From a virus (taxonomy: Duplodnaviria; Heunggongvirae; Uroviricota; Caudoviricetes): 23,252 nt of DNA. A model generated the notes under the pieces. The model had not been told where the DNA came from and made no database searches. It saw only the letters and a list, made by a program, of their open reading frames with translations. The stretch lies in the IMG/VR virus record IMGVR_UViG_3300029922_002860; one strand, 5' to 3'. Below, piece by piece: positions 6,200 through 14,268 of this stretch. Both the position numbers and the translations under genes were made by a program. Numbering within the stretch: position 1 is the stretch's first letter; each line of letters opens with the position of its first letter.

Positions 6200-7159
6200 T
6201 CAGCGGTAGATGGCGTTCAGGATGTCCGCCAGGCGCATTCCTGCCTCGGCGATCTGGCGGGACATGACCGGCGCCTCGCGCTCTGCATAACCCTCCGGCA
6301 GTCGGATCATGATCTTGTGGAGACGGAGCGCGGGATGCCCCTGCCCCCTTGAAACATCCGCGCGTAAAAACTCTATTCCTTCGTAAGCCTGCGTCCCTAA
6401 GACAACGCTCTCAGAAGCCCAGACTGTTGGCCAATGGTGAAAGTCGCCGCCCGTTTCCATGTGAGCGGCCCCGTATTGGCGCATTGCCGTTGCCGCCAGA
6501 GTCCGGTAATCCGTGCCGCTAGAAATCTTCTTCAGCAGGACGGTGTCGAAATACTCGTGCAACTCCTCTGATTTGGTGAAGAAGAGCGCGTTCCCGCCGG
6601 CGTCACCTGGAGAGACTGCCGTAACTTCGCTTGGCGACAGAAGCCGCGGCCTCTCGGGGTCGCTCAGGTCGAAATACCCTGTGATGCAGTGAAGAGGTTG
6701 CGAAATGTCTCCGACACAGTGAATCAAGACACGGGCCGCCTCAGATTGTGAAAGACCAGTTTGGCGCCCGTCGAGAGTTGCTACTGCAAGCGCGATGGCA
6801 TGCGCCACATCGTTCTTGGACGCGTAGAGTTGCGCGTTCGGGTTGTACGAAGTTTCGCCGACAGGGACGTTAACAAAATGCCACTTCGTCGAGCCGGGAA
6901 AGCGGTGGATAAAATCCTTGGCTTCCGCGTCACCTTTCATTTCGCCGCGGTTCTGGCCTGCTGCGCGCACCTCATCGAGCCATGTGGATGCCGATACCAT
7001 GTCGGTTGTCCCCAGGGCCTTTGTGATGCCCGCGCCAGCCTCCGGAGTCAGGTGCTCCTGTGCGATCAACGCGATGGCCCGATGCCCCTCGGCGCCGAAG
7101 CCGAACGCGTTTACGGTCACTGCTAAGGCGAGAAGGATCGAGGTTACGGAATGTCTCAT
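6200..7159 (-). CDS. S1/P1 nuclease family protein with signal peptide (start revised to ATG 7159, 319 aa)
   Basis: MRHSVTSILLALAVTVNAFG signal-like N-terminus, then FGAEGH, STWLDEVR, WHFVN, IHCVGDISQPLH and LHEYFD zinc-ligand motifs of the S1/P1 family. Confidence 0.88.
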   Translation of the reverse strand: MRHSVTSILLALAVTVNAFGFGAEGHRAIALIAQEHLTPEAGAGITKALGTTDMVSASTWLDEVRAAGQNRGEMKGDAEAKDFIHRFPGSTKWHFVNVPVGETSYNPNAQLYASKNDVAHAIALAVATLDGRQTGLSQSEAARVLIHCVGDISQPLHCITGYFDLSDPERPRLLSPSEVTAVSPGDAGGNALFFTKSEELHEYFDTVLLKKISSGTDYRTLAATAMRQYGAAHMETGGDFHHWPTVWASESVVLGTQAYEGIEFLRADVSRGQGHPALRLHKIMIRLPEGYAEREAPVMSRQIAEAGMRLADILNAIYR

Positions 7160-7172
7160 GGGTTGAAGATGG

Positions 7173-8141
7173 TCACGCGAAGGTAAGCTCCCCCTGCCTT
7201 GGTCGCGGTAGGGGCGGCAGAACTTGGGGGGCAGGAGGCGGAATTTCGGGGGCATGGGCTTCGACCTTGGGTCGCACGACCGCATCACGCCCGAAATCCT
7301 CCGCAAACTGGCTCCATATCGAGGCGGCATCGAGGCAGTTGAGTTGCTCCAGTCGTTCGAGGACCTTGGGAAGATCGTTCCCGGCCTGCGGCTTCAACCC
7401 CGCGATGAGGTTCGGGCGAATCAACCTGAAGTTCAGGGCCATCTCAGTCGCCGCTCGCTCACGGGGCCAATTCTTCTTATTGGCCACGAGGTCCACCAGT
7501 TGCTCGTCATCCGGCTCCCCGGAAAGCAAGCTCACGGCTGTCACTGGGCCGATCCCCTCAATGCCAGGAGTGTTGTCGGTCACATCGCCCACCAACGAGA
7601 GGTAGCGGTCCATCTGGGAAGGAGGCACTCCGAAGTCCTCCTTTACCGTTGCTGCATCGCAGCGCTTCCAGCCCCCTGTTATGGGGATGAGCCACGTGAC
7701 GTTGTCCCCTACGACCTGGGAGTAATCCTTGTCGTGGGTCGCGATCAGCACTTCCACCCCAGCCCGACCCTTTGCGACCGTTGCGAGGCTCATTAGCAAA
7801 TCGTCGCACTCCTGCCCTTCCTGGTGGACGTACTCAGCTCCAGAGTCCCTAATGAAGGACTCCACGACCGGGATCTGCTGGGCAAGCTCGGGGGCTTTGG
7901 GCTTCCTGAGCGCCTTGTACTCGGGGTAGAACCCGCGTCGGAAATCGCTCCCTCCGTCGAGGCCGAAGATTACCCGGTTCGGCTCAGTAAAACGAATGAG
8001 GTTCGCGAGCATCGTGGCGCTCTTGGCCACCGCGTTTGTAGGGAAGCCCGAGCATCGCCGGATCGTCATGCCCTTGAGGGCTGTGACGTGATAGGCGCGG
8101 TGGACTAGGTTGCTCCAATCAACTAAGAGTATGCGGTTCAC
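7173..8141 (-). CDS. 5'-3' exonuclease / flap endonuclease (Pol I N-terminal-like); start revised to GTG 8141, 322 aa
   Basis: LLVDWSNLVHRAYH, FGLDGGSDFRRGFYPEYKALR, ECDDLL, THDKDY, LVGDVTDNTPGIEGIGPVTA (H3TH). GTG follows the conserved upstream motif at 8145-8160. Confidence 0.92.
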   Translation of the reverse strand: MNRILLVDWSNLVHRAYHVTALKGMTIRRCSGFPTNAVAKSATMLANLIRFTEPNRVIFGLDGGSDFRRGFYPEYKALRKPKAPELAQQIPVVESFIRDSGAEYVHQEGQECDDLLMSLATVAKGRAGVEVLIATHDKDYSQVVGDNVTWLIPITGGWKRCDAATVKEDFGVPPSQMDRYLSLVGDVTDNTPGIEGIGPVTAVSLLSGEPDDEQLVDLVANKKNWPRERAATEMALNFRLIRPNLIAGLKPQAGNDLPKVLERLEQLNCLDAASIWSQFAEDFGRDAVVRPKVEAHAPEIPPPAPQVLPPLPRPRQGELTFA

Positions 8142-8144
8142 TTC

Positions 8145-8160
8145 CCTATAAGTATGGGGA
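8145..8160 (-). promoter_or_regulatory. CCCCATACTTATAGG promoter-like motif
   Basis: CATACT hexamer 9 nt upstream of GTG 8141. Confidence 0.6.
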
Positions 8161-8178
8161 GTGCTCGCGCTACGATCT

Positions 8179-8952
8179 TCAGAGTGCCCTGCGGGTTTTC
8201 CACCACCGTTGGAAGTCCGACGACACAAGAAGCATGCCGACCGCCAGGGGCAGGCTCAGGAAGGCCCACCCCCACCGAACCCTCCAGTTCGGGAAATTGA
8301 GCATCACGGGTTCGTTCCGCAGGACAAAACGGGTTCCGACAAGCCCCAATTTTTGACAGGCTGCGAACTGCGCGTCGTTCGCATTGCGGAGGTTGGGTCG
8401 CAGAGGGATAATCCTCTCGCCAGGGACATCGTCCGTGGCATTCATCGAGTATGACTTCCCGTCGATTCGGACGGAGGTCCACACGTGCCCCTCACGGTCC
8501 CCGACCTTCGACCAGAGGTGAGCCTTGACGGAGGCATCGAGTCCGAGAGCCCGCAGTAGCGAGAAAAGCACTATGGTCTGGGCTTTGCAGTCGCCCCTCC
8601 AATAGGGCCAACCCTCCAGCGCGGCTTTCTGGCGCAATTCGTCTATCGTGCGAACTTTGCCAGCCGTGAGCCATGTCTGCTCGTCCAATGCATACTGGAC
8701 ATGCACGAGCATTGTTGTGAATGCGAGGGCCGCACGTTGTTTTGGGTCAACGGTAGCATCTGCGATGGCGGCGGCCCATGCGAGAATGTCTGGGTCCTTT
8801 GGGTCGGCTTTAGCCTCGATGAGTTGTGCCGCAAACTCTGTTGTACCTGGCTTTTCCAGGACCTCCATGTTTGGCGGCGGCCCCATCGCAAGGAAAACGA
8901 GGGCAGGCGCGAGAGCTAACCCCGCGTAAAGGAACACAAATGCCCTCCTCAT
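8179..8952 (-). CDS. Membrane-anchored transglutaminase-like protein (start revised to ATG 8952, 257 aa)
   Basis: Hydrophobic N- and C-terminal segments; RGDCKAQT...LLRALG and GHVWTSV match the Cys/His motifs of transglutaminase-like proteins. ATGA overlap with the kinase stop codon. Confidence 0.7.
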   Translation of the reverse strand: MRRAFVFLYAGLALAPALVFLAMGPPPNMEVLEKPGTTEFAAQLIEAKADPKDPDILAWAAAIADATVDPKQRAALAFTTMLVHVQYALDEQTWLTAGKVRTIDELRQKAALEGWPYWRGDCKAQTIVLFSLLRALGLDASVKAHLWSKVGDREGHVWTSVRIDGKSYSMNATDDVPGERIIPLRPNLRNANDAQFAACQKLGLVGTRFVLRNEPVMLNFPNWRVRWGWAFLSLPLAVGMLLVSSDFQRWWKTRRAL

Positions 8953-11117
8953 TTTTGAGGGACCTGCATCGGCAGGTGGAAACAGAATGACCTGTCCAGC
9001 GGGTCGTAGGTTAACTCGGACCCGATAGCGCTCAGGTGTTCCCGAACGAGATTCAACCCGAGGCCATAACCCGATCCACGGCTCTTCCAGCTCTGGGTCT
9101 GCTTCGTGGACATGATGCGTTTCCCTGAATTCAACGCTTCCACGACCGAAAGGGGAAGGCCAGGGCCGGTATCTCGAACGTGGATCACACAATCGTGAAC
9201 CCGCTCTGAAAAAAGCACCGTGATGAAACCTCCCCCTCCCGACTCTTCTATCGCCTCGGCCGCATTGCGCACAAGATTGGTAAAAACCTGGAGACCAGCA
9301 GCCCGTCCGACATGCAGCATTATTTTCCCAGGCACGTCGTAGACAAGATTTGCCTCCGCCATGCTGAGTTCGGCGCGACAGAGCATTTCTACGTGGCTAA
9401 GCAGTTCAGCAAGTGAGACAGCACTGGAGTTGTCCTGGGTGTCGGTAAATGGGCGGATTGCTTCGAGCGCTTCGTCCACTCTCCTTCGCGATACGCTGTA
9501 GCGGTCTATCTGTCCCATCAACTCTTTGATGTCGTAGGGGTACTTGGCGAGAATGCCGGCAACGGTCTCCGTCTCTGTTCCAAGAGCAATCGCCTCGATC
9601 AAGGCCCGGGACTGGGCGAAATAAATGTCCAAGCCGGATAGAGGAGTGCGAAGCTCGTGGACTAGCTTGGCCGCCAATTGGCCCGTCTGGAGAAGCGATG
9701 TGTCGGACGCTTTTCGCGCCATCGCGCTAACCAGCCTCTCGTTGAACGAAAACTGATAAAGAATGATCTGCGCATTTCCGAGAGCCTTTTCCAGACCCAG
9801 TCTGTTTCGCCCGTTGTTGTTGATGATGGTGAACGCCAACATCACGAGCACACCGTCTTCTACAACAGGAAGTGCCCAGTTCCAATCGGGGGGCATCTCG
9901 TGCCTGCCCCACTTTCTTGCTACCTGGCCTGTGTCGAAAAATGTTCGCTGTTCGACTCCCTCGAACAAGAGCCCGCTTGAGGGCTCCAGCTTTGCCGGGC
10001 AAGATGGGTTTCGCAGGCTGGTCGCAGCCAGAGCGAAGTGCCCATCAAGTCTCGCCGGTCGGTAGAGAATCACCGGACCGTCCAGCAGTTTTGCCAGAGA
10101 ACTGATGATTAGACTCACGTTTCGTTCCCTTGCGGCCGTTGCCACCACATCTGCGGAAGGAGCTTCGATCTCGGTCCAGCCACGGACAAACCGTCGCACA
10201 CCCGGAAGCAATGCGGCGAGGAACAGCGTCAAGGCTAGAGACCCTAAAAAGGCTCGCAGGGTCGCTGTCCCGTCATCGAGACCGCCCAACCCAAAGATTC
10301 CAATCACCATGAGCGGTGTTACGAGGACGGCTATGATTGCCCCGGCAATGTTGTAGGCAAGCGGAGCGCTCGGATAGTCCTCAAAATAAGAACCCAGTCG
10401 TGACGTTTTTTTTGGGGTCTGTATGTACCGCCAAGGTATCACGGGAGGGAGCAGTGATGAATGCGGCCAGAGCAGTTGGGTCATGGCCCAAACTGACACC
10501 GGAGCCATGATATTCGCGTACGGCGGGATGGAGAGGTAGAGGAAGCCCGGGATGTTCGTCACGTACCCCAATACTCCAAGAAGGGCTATGAGCGCGAAAA
10601 CCCTCATTTGCTGAACTTGGACGCCTCGAAGCTTCTCCCTAAAGGAGTGCGCGACCGGTAGCGCAACGGCGATCAATCCTAGGCCGAAAACGATTACAAA
10701 TATCCACCCTCCAGGCCCCGCCACAGGCCAGTAGGGCTCTCCGAATTCGGGTACAAGTCTTTCCACGACCCAATCTGATCCGAGCGCCAAGAAACCGTGC
10801 GCAGTCGCCAGTGCATAGGAAGATATTATCAAGGCCCGTGAATTGATGGCTGGAAACCAAACCCCCATCAACAGCACCAGGCCCGGACCGACGAACCCGC
10901 CAAAGCAGACCATGAACCGACAATACGTAATGGCTGAATCGGGGTCGGAACTGCACTGCCAAAGGAAATAGGATGCGGCCCATCCGATGAACGCAGCGGA
11001 GAAGGCCACGAAAGCCGTGCCCAGATTCCTTCTGCAATGGGCTCGGTGCATGCTTATTAAGCCAAGCAAACCTGTAAGAAAACTGAGCGCTGACGAAATT
11101 TGTAGATATAAACGCAT
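8949..11117 (-). CDS. Multi-TM sensor histidine kinase, 722 aa
   Basis: Many N-terminal hydrophobic helices; H-box LVHELRTPL, N-box QVFTNLVRNAAEAI, G1 VRDTGPGL, G2 GSGYGLGL. Confidence 0.92.
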   Translation of the reverse strand: MRLYLQISSALSFLTGLLGLISMHRAHCRRNLGTAFVAFSAAFIGWAASYFLWQCSSDPDSAITYCRFMVCFGGFVGPGLVLLMGVWFPAINSRALIISSYALATAHGFLALGSDWVVERLVPEFGEPYWPVAGPGGWIFVIVFGLGLIAVALPVAHSFREKLRGVQVQQMRVFALIALLGVLGYVTNIPGFLYLSIPPYANIMAPVSVWAMTQLLWPHSSLLPPVIPWRYIQTPKKTSRLGSYFEDYPSAPLAYNIAGAIIAVLVTPLMVIGIFGLGGLDDGTATLRAFLGSLALTLFLAALLPGVRRFVRGWTEIEAPSADVVATAARERNVSLIISSLAKLLDGPVILYRPARLDGHFALAATSLRNPSCPAKLEPSSGLLFEGVEQRTFFDTGQVARKWGRHEMPPDWNWALPVVEDGVLVMLAFTIINNNGRNRLGLEKALGNAQIILYQFSFNERLVSAMARKASDTSLLQTGQLAAKLVHELRTPLSGLDIYFAQSRALIEAIALGTETETVAGILAKYPYDIKELMGQIDRYSVSRRRVDEALEAIRPFTDTQDNSSAVSLAELLSHVEMLCRAELSMAEANLVYDVPGKIMLHVGRAAGLQVFTNLVRNAAEAIEESGGGGFITVLFSERVHDCVIHVRDTGPGLPLSVVEALNSGKRIMSTKQTQSWKSRGSGYGLGLNLVREHLSAIGSELTYDPLDRSFCFHLPMQVPQK

Positions 11118-11128
11118 GGACCTCCCTG

Positions 11129-11145
11129 CCCTATAATTATGGGGA
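11129..11145 (-). promoter_or_regulatory. CCCCATAATTATAGGG promoter-like motif
   Basis: Upstream of the kinase ATG 11117, followed by GGGAGG (RBS-like). Confidence 0.6.
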
Positions 11146-11222
11146 ACGGCGGCAAGACGGTGAAGAATTTGCCGTAAATCGCTAGCCAGAATGACTTCCG
11201 GCCAAAATATAATAAATACCGC

Positions 11223-11600
11223 TCAGACCCCAAGATGGGGCCGAACCTGTGTTCCGCGCTCGGGCTTCAAGAGCGGGCGAAACGCTGGTTCGGTGCTGCG
11301 CAACGATGCATCTTCGTAATCCCGTATCACCTTCAGTTGGCCGCAAACGTCCGTCGTGGCCTCCTCCGTAAAGATTCCTGACGCTTCAAGTATCCCCCTG
11401 GCGTCCATGCCTGTAGAAATTCCCTTGGCGTGCAATTGCTGTGCGACATGGACAGCGCGCTCGGCCTCGGTCATCCCTGCGAGGTCCTCTTGGCGCAGGT
11501 GCTCGATCAACGTGGGCCATTCGCATTCGGCTCGCTTGGAAGAGCCTGGCATTCCCACGGCTATGACTGTTTCGCCTCGGTCGTTTAAGGTGTGATTCAT
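11223..11600 (-). CDS. Hypothetical protein, 125 aa
   Basis: ORF tiles with co-oriented neighbours; no recognisable motif. Confidence 0.6.
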   Translation of the reverse strand: MNHTLNDRGETVIAVGMPGSSKRAECEWPTLIEHLRQEDLAGMTEAERAVHVAQQLHAKGISTGMDARGILEASGIFTEEATTDVCGQLKVIRDYEDASLRSTEPAFRPLLKPERGTQVRPHLGV

Positions 11601-11622
11601 TGGAAAAGGAGATCGGGTGTGC

Positions 11623-11919
11623 TTAGGCTTGGATGCAACAGATGCTAACGCGTAATCTCACGGCCCGAGATGACCTTCGGCGTGGGGAGGGGACGCAATT
11701 GGGCGCGGGGTTTTCCTCGTCAGCGCCGGCGTTCTCTTGCGCATGGCGTTCCAGGCGATCAAGGGTGTCAGGATCGAGCGATCCTTCGACGGTCCCGAAG
11801 ACGGCCCTCCGAACGTGGGCGACGTTATCCATGATGCCACGCCCCGCTTTCGTCAGGATACCTACCTTTGGAGGTTCGGTGGCCCCTGAACTCGGTGGAT
11901 TCGAATTGCCGGGTGTCAT
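11623..11919 (-). CDS. Hypothetical protein (start revised to ATG 11919, 98 aa)
   Basis: ATG 1 nt after the upstream stop (TGA-C-ATG); fills the gap between neighbours. Confidence 0.45.
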   Translation of the reverse strand: MTPGNSNPPSSGATEPPKVGILTKAGRGIMDNVAHVRRAVFGTVEGSLDPDTLDRLERHAQENAGADEENPAPNCVPSPRRRSSRAVRLRVSICCIQA

Positions 11920-11920
11920 G

Positions 11921-12511
11921 TCAAATTTGGCTTTGGAGTTGCCGCTCTGTGGAGGCCGTCCGTGGCGTTGCCAGCTTGCACCCCGCAGCGGTCCGCAAGC
12001 GCCGGTCGATCTCCGCAAGTTCGAACTCGTCGATGTGGTACTCGATCAGGGGGACCTTGAGTTCCCTGGGCGGATTTAACCCGTCGTTGAGTCGGAAGCT
12101 TTTGTGGGTATCGAACCAGCCGGCTCCTGACCCAAGAGCCATGAGGCCCAAGCTGTGGCCAAAATCGCGAGCATGTGCCAAATGCTGCTCGCAGGTGTGG
12201 CAATCGTCTTCGTGCTCGATGAACTCGCCGCGCGCTGCCGCGCAGACGCCTTCGTGGCGGAGTCCGTCTGCCGCGCACGCATGGGCGTAGATGCTCGCAA
12301 AGGGGAGCTTGTTCGCCCCTTCGATGAGCCCGGTCAAGTAGGCCGCCGTGAGCTTAGCGTGTTCCGGTGTCGGAGGAGCGACCTCGAACAGGTCCTGGCC
12401 GCGGTAGGTGATCCCGGCTTCCTCCTTTGCCGAGCCCCACGCCTGAACAAACACACTCCTCGCTATCGCATCATTGATGATCGTCGTAAGGGGGGAGTCG
12501 ATGTAGCTCAT
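11921..12511 (-). CDS. Hypothetical mobile-element protein, 196 aa
   Basis: ATG 7 nt after CATACT; contains HEDDCHTCEQH and FGHSLGLMALGSGAGWFDTH segments; family not assigned. Confidence 0.7.
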   Translation of the reverse strand: MSYIDSPLTTIINDAIARSVFVQAWGSAKEEAGITYRGQDLFEVAPPTPEHAKLTAAYLTGLIEGANKLPFASIYAHACAADGLRHEGVCAAARGEFIEHEDDCHTCEQHLAHARDFGHSLGLMALGSGAGWFDTHKSFRLNDGLNPPRELKVPLIEYHIDEFELAEIDRRLRTAAGCKLATPRTASTERQLQSQI

Positions 12512-12512
12512 A

Positions 12513-12528
12513 CCCTAAAGTATGGGGT
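12513..12528 (-). promoter_or_regulatory. CCCCATACTTTAGGG promoter-like motif (leaderless spacing)
   Basis: Hexamer ends 7 nt before ATG 12511. Confidence 0.6.
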
Positions 12529-12602
12529 TCACCGCCCAAACGTCCTTCAGGCGCTACCCGCCCAGTGCAAGCGCCTGCGGTCAGGCCCACAGAGCCCGAC
12601 CC

Positions 12603-13235
12603 TTAGATGTCGTCCGAAGTGAACCAGCTCGACTGGTCGGGACCATCGGCGTCGCCCTGGTCTCCAGAGGGGTACCGGCTCTCGATGTCCGGGTCATCAT
12701 TCCGGGCTAGAGATTCGCGGCAATGGTTCACCAAGGCCGCCATAAAGACACGCGCGATCCCCATGAGCGCCGCCCGCCCGTCTTCGGTAAGGGTGTCGGC
12801 AGCGGGATAGAGCATCGTCGCGCCCCAGGGGTATTCCTCTGGGACCGGGGGCAGTGAGGGAGTTGCGGCCCTTCCCGAGCCCACCATGACAGGGATGAAT
12901 TCGCACCCGAGAGTGTACCAAGCGCTTCGTGACAAGATCGGGCTCACCGCGCATGCTCCGTACAGCAACTTGGCCCCGTCTTTGACATCGGCGCTGAAAT
13001 CGTGGGCGGCGGAGATCGTGAAAGTCGCCGACCCTGCTCCGCAAAACTGAAGGTCGGCCTCTGCGCAAAGATTGTCGCTGTAGCGGACGCGGGCCGTGAT
13101 CTCCTGGGAGGCGAGGGCTGCGCTCTTGCAGGCCACTTGCTTGTCAGCGAGGAACTCCAGCGGCACACGTACCCTGGCGCCTGAACTCAAGTCCAGGTGG
13201 ACGAAGTGGGTTGCTGGTGGTACGTGGCGTTCCAT
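12603..13235 (-). CDS. Hypothetical protein, 210 aa
   Basis: Long co-oriented ORF with ATG start and an acidic C-terminus; no family recognised. Confidence 0.65.
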   Translation of the reverse strand: MERHVPPATHFVHLDLSSGARVRVPLEFLADKQVACKSAALASQEITARVRYSDNLCAEADLQFCGAGSATFTISAAHDFSADVKDGAKLLYGACAVSPILSRSAWYTLGCEFIPVMVGSGRAATPSLPPVPEEYPWGATMLYPAADTLTEDGRAALMGIARVFMAALVNHCRESLARNDDPDIESRYPSGDQGDADGPDQSSWFTSDDI

Positions 13236-13318
13236 GGAGAGATTCTGTCCCTACATGGTACTACGCTCGATTCGGCCCAAATCCGCACCTAAAACTGCTT
13301 AAATGTAAAAAATACCCA

Positions 13319-13335
13319 CCCCCCGGGGGGCCTCC
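13319..13335. repeat. CCCCCCGGGGGGCCTCC palindromic motif, copy 1
   Basis: Perfect 12-bp palindrome plus CCTCC, intergenic; identical 17-mer at 18848-18864. Confidence 0.6.
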
Positions 13336-13344
13336 TCGGAAGGG

Positions 13345-13557
13345 CTAAGGAGCGGGGTTTTGCCGGAAAAGCCGCAGCGGCCGCCCACCTTTGGCCTCGA
13401 AAAGGCTCTTTTCCCCCAACGGGGTCACTACCCGCAGCGAGTACCCGGTCTCATTCTCCCGACTGTTTTCGAGGGCCTCGCACCGAACTTTCGTGCCGGA
13501 AACGTCTTCGTAGAACACGTCCCCGGACTTGACCTCTGAAATTCGGATAGGGCGCAT
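13345..13557 (-). CDS. Small hypothetical protein, 70 aa
   Basis: Starts 3 nt after the stop of 13561..14178; beta-rich composition. Confidence 0.6.
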   Translation of the reverse strand: MRPIRISEVKSGDVFYEDVSGTKVRCEALENSRENETGYSLRVVTPLGEKSLFEAKGGRPLRLFRQNPAP

Positions 13558-13560
13558 GGC

Positions 13561-14178
13561 TCAGGTCCCTTGGAGTGGCGCCCCTGCAAACAGGTCCATC
13601 TGGCCCCTGGCTGGCTGACTGGCCAATGGTCGAAACATCTTGAGGGTCCGAAAGTCTCCGGCGTTCATCAGCTCGTTCGAGCCAAACTCGAAGCATCGCT
13701 TGAGGGCCAGAAGAACCCCAGTCCCGGTCGGCGAGGACACCTCCCTGTGCAACGGGATCTCGACCCCTCCCAGGAGGGACCCGGTGTTGGCGTAGAGAGC
13801 CCGAACGTCTTCCCCCTGGGGTCTCACCCAGAACCACGTTTCGCTCTCAGGATTTTGCCCAACATAAAGCCGCTCGCCCGACCCGCTGCTGCGCAATTGC
13901 TCCACAATAAGATGGGTTTCGAGGGCGAAACCATCCGGCTCCAAGAGCAGGCAATGCTCCTCCCCCTTTCGGGTGGCGAGGGAGTAGTAGGTCAGCGCCG
14001 TCCTGAGGTACCCCACCTCTCTTAGCTTCTGTGAGGTTTCCAGGAAGCGGGCGGAATACGGGGACTCCCCTGGCACAGCAGAGTCGATCTTCCTGGTCAG
14101 GGTGAAGACAGCGCTATCAGCAGGCAGGTGCCCATTGGGCTTAATGGGCTTCAGTTTGGAGGCAAACGCTGGGTGCAT
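13561..14178 (-). CDS. Hypothetical protein, 205 aa, with C-terminal QMDLF clamp-binding-like motif
   Basis: ATG 8 nt after CATACT; QMDLF encoded at 13588-13602. Confidence 0.7.
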   Translation of the reverse strand: MHPAFASKLKPIKPNGHLPADSAVFTLTRKIDSAVPGESPYSARFLETSQKLREVGYLRTALTYYSLATRKGEEHCLLLEPDGFALETHLIVEQLRSSGSGERLYVGQNPESETWFWVRPQGEDVRALYANTGSLLGGVEIPLHREVSSPTGTGVLLALKRCFEFGSNELMNAGDFRTLKMFRPLASQPARGQMDLFAGAPLQGT

Positions 14179-14181
14179 CTA

Positions 14182-14197
14182 CCATAAGTATGGGGAG
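14182..14197 (-). promoter_or_regulatory. CCCCATACTTATGG promoter-like motif (one half of a divergent pair)
   Basis: Upstream of ATG 14178. Confidence 0.6.
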
Positions 14198-14250
14198 TTC
14201 CAGCCGGTATGGCCCCAGAACCATGCGTTCTGGAGGAAGACCCGGCCGGT

Positions 14251-14268
14251 CCCCCCATAATTTATACC
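14251..14268 (+). promoter_or_regulatory. CCCCCCATAATTTATACC promoter-like motif (divergent partner)
   Basis: CATAAT hexamer 7 nt before ATG 14269 on the plus strand; motif orientation follows gene orientation. Confidence 0.6.

Noticed and set aside
8953-9192. N-terminal extension of ORF 8179..9192
   Set aside because: It overlaps the kinase by about 240 nt; ATG 8952 gives an ATGA-coupled start with a hydrophobic N-terminus.
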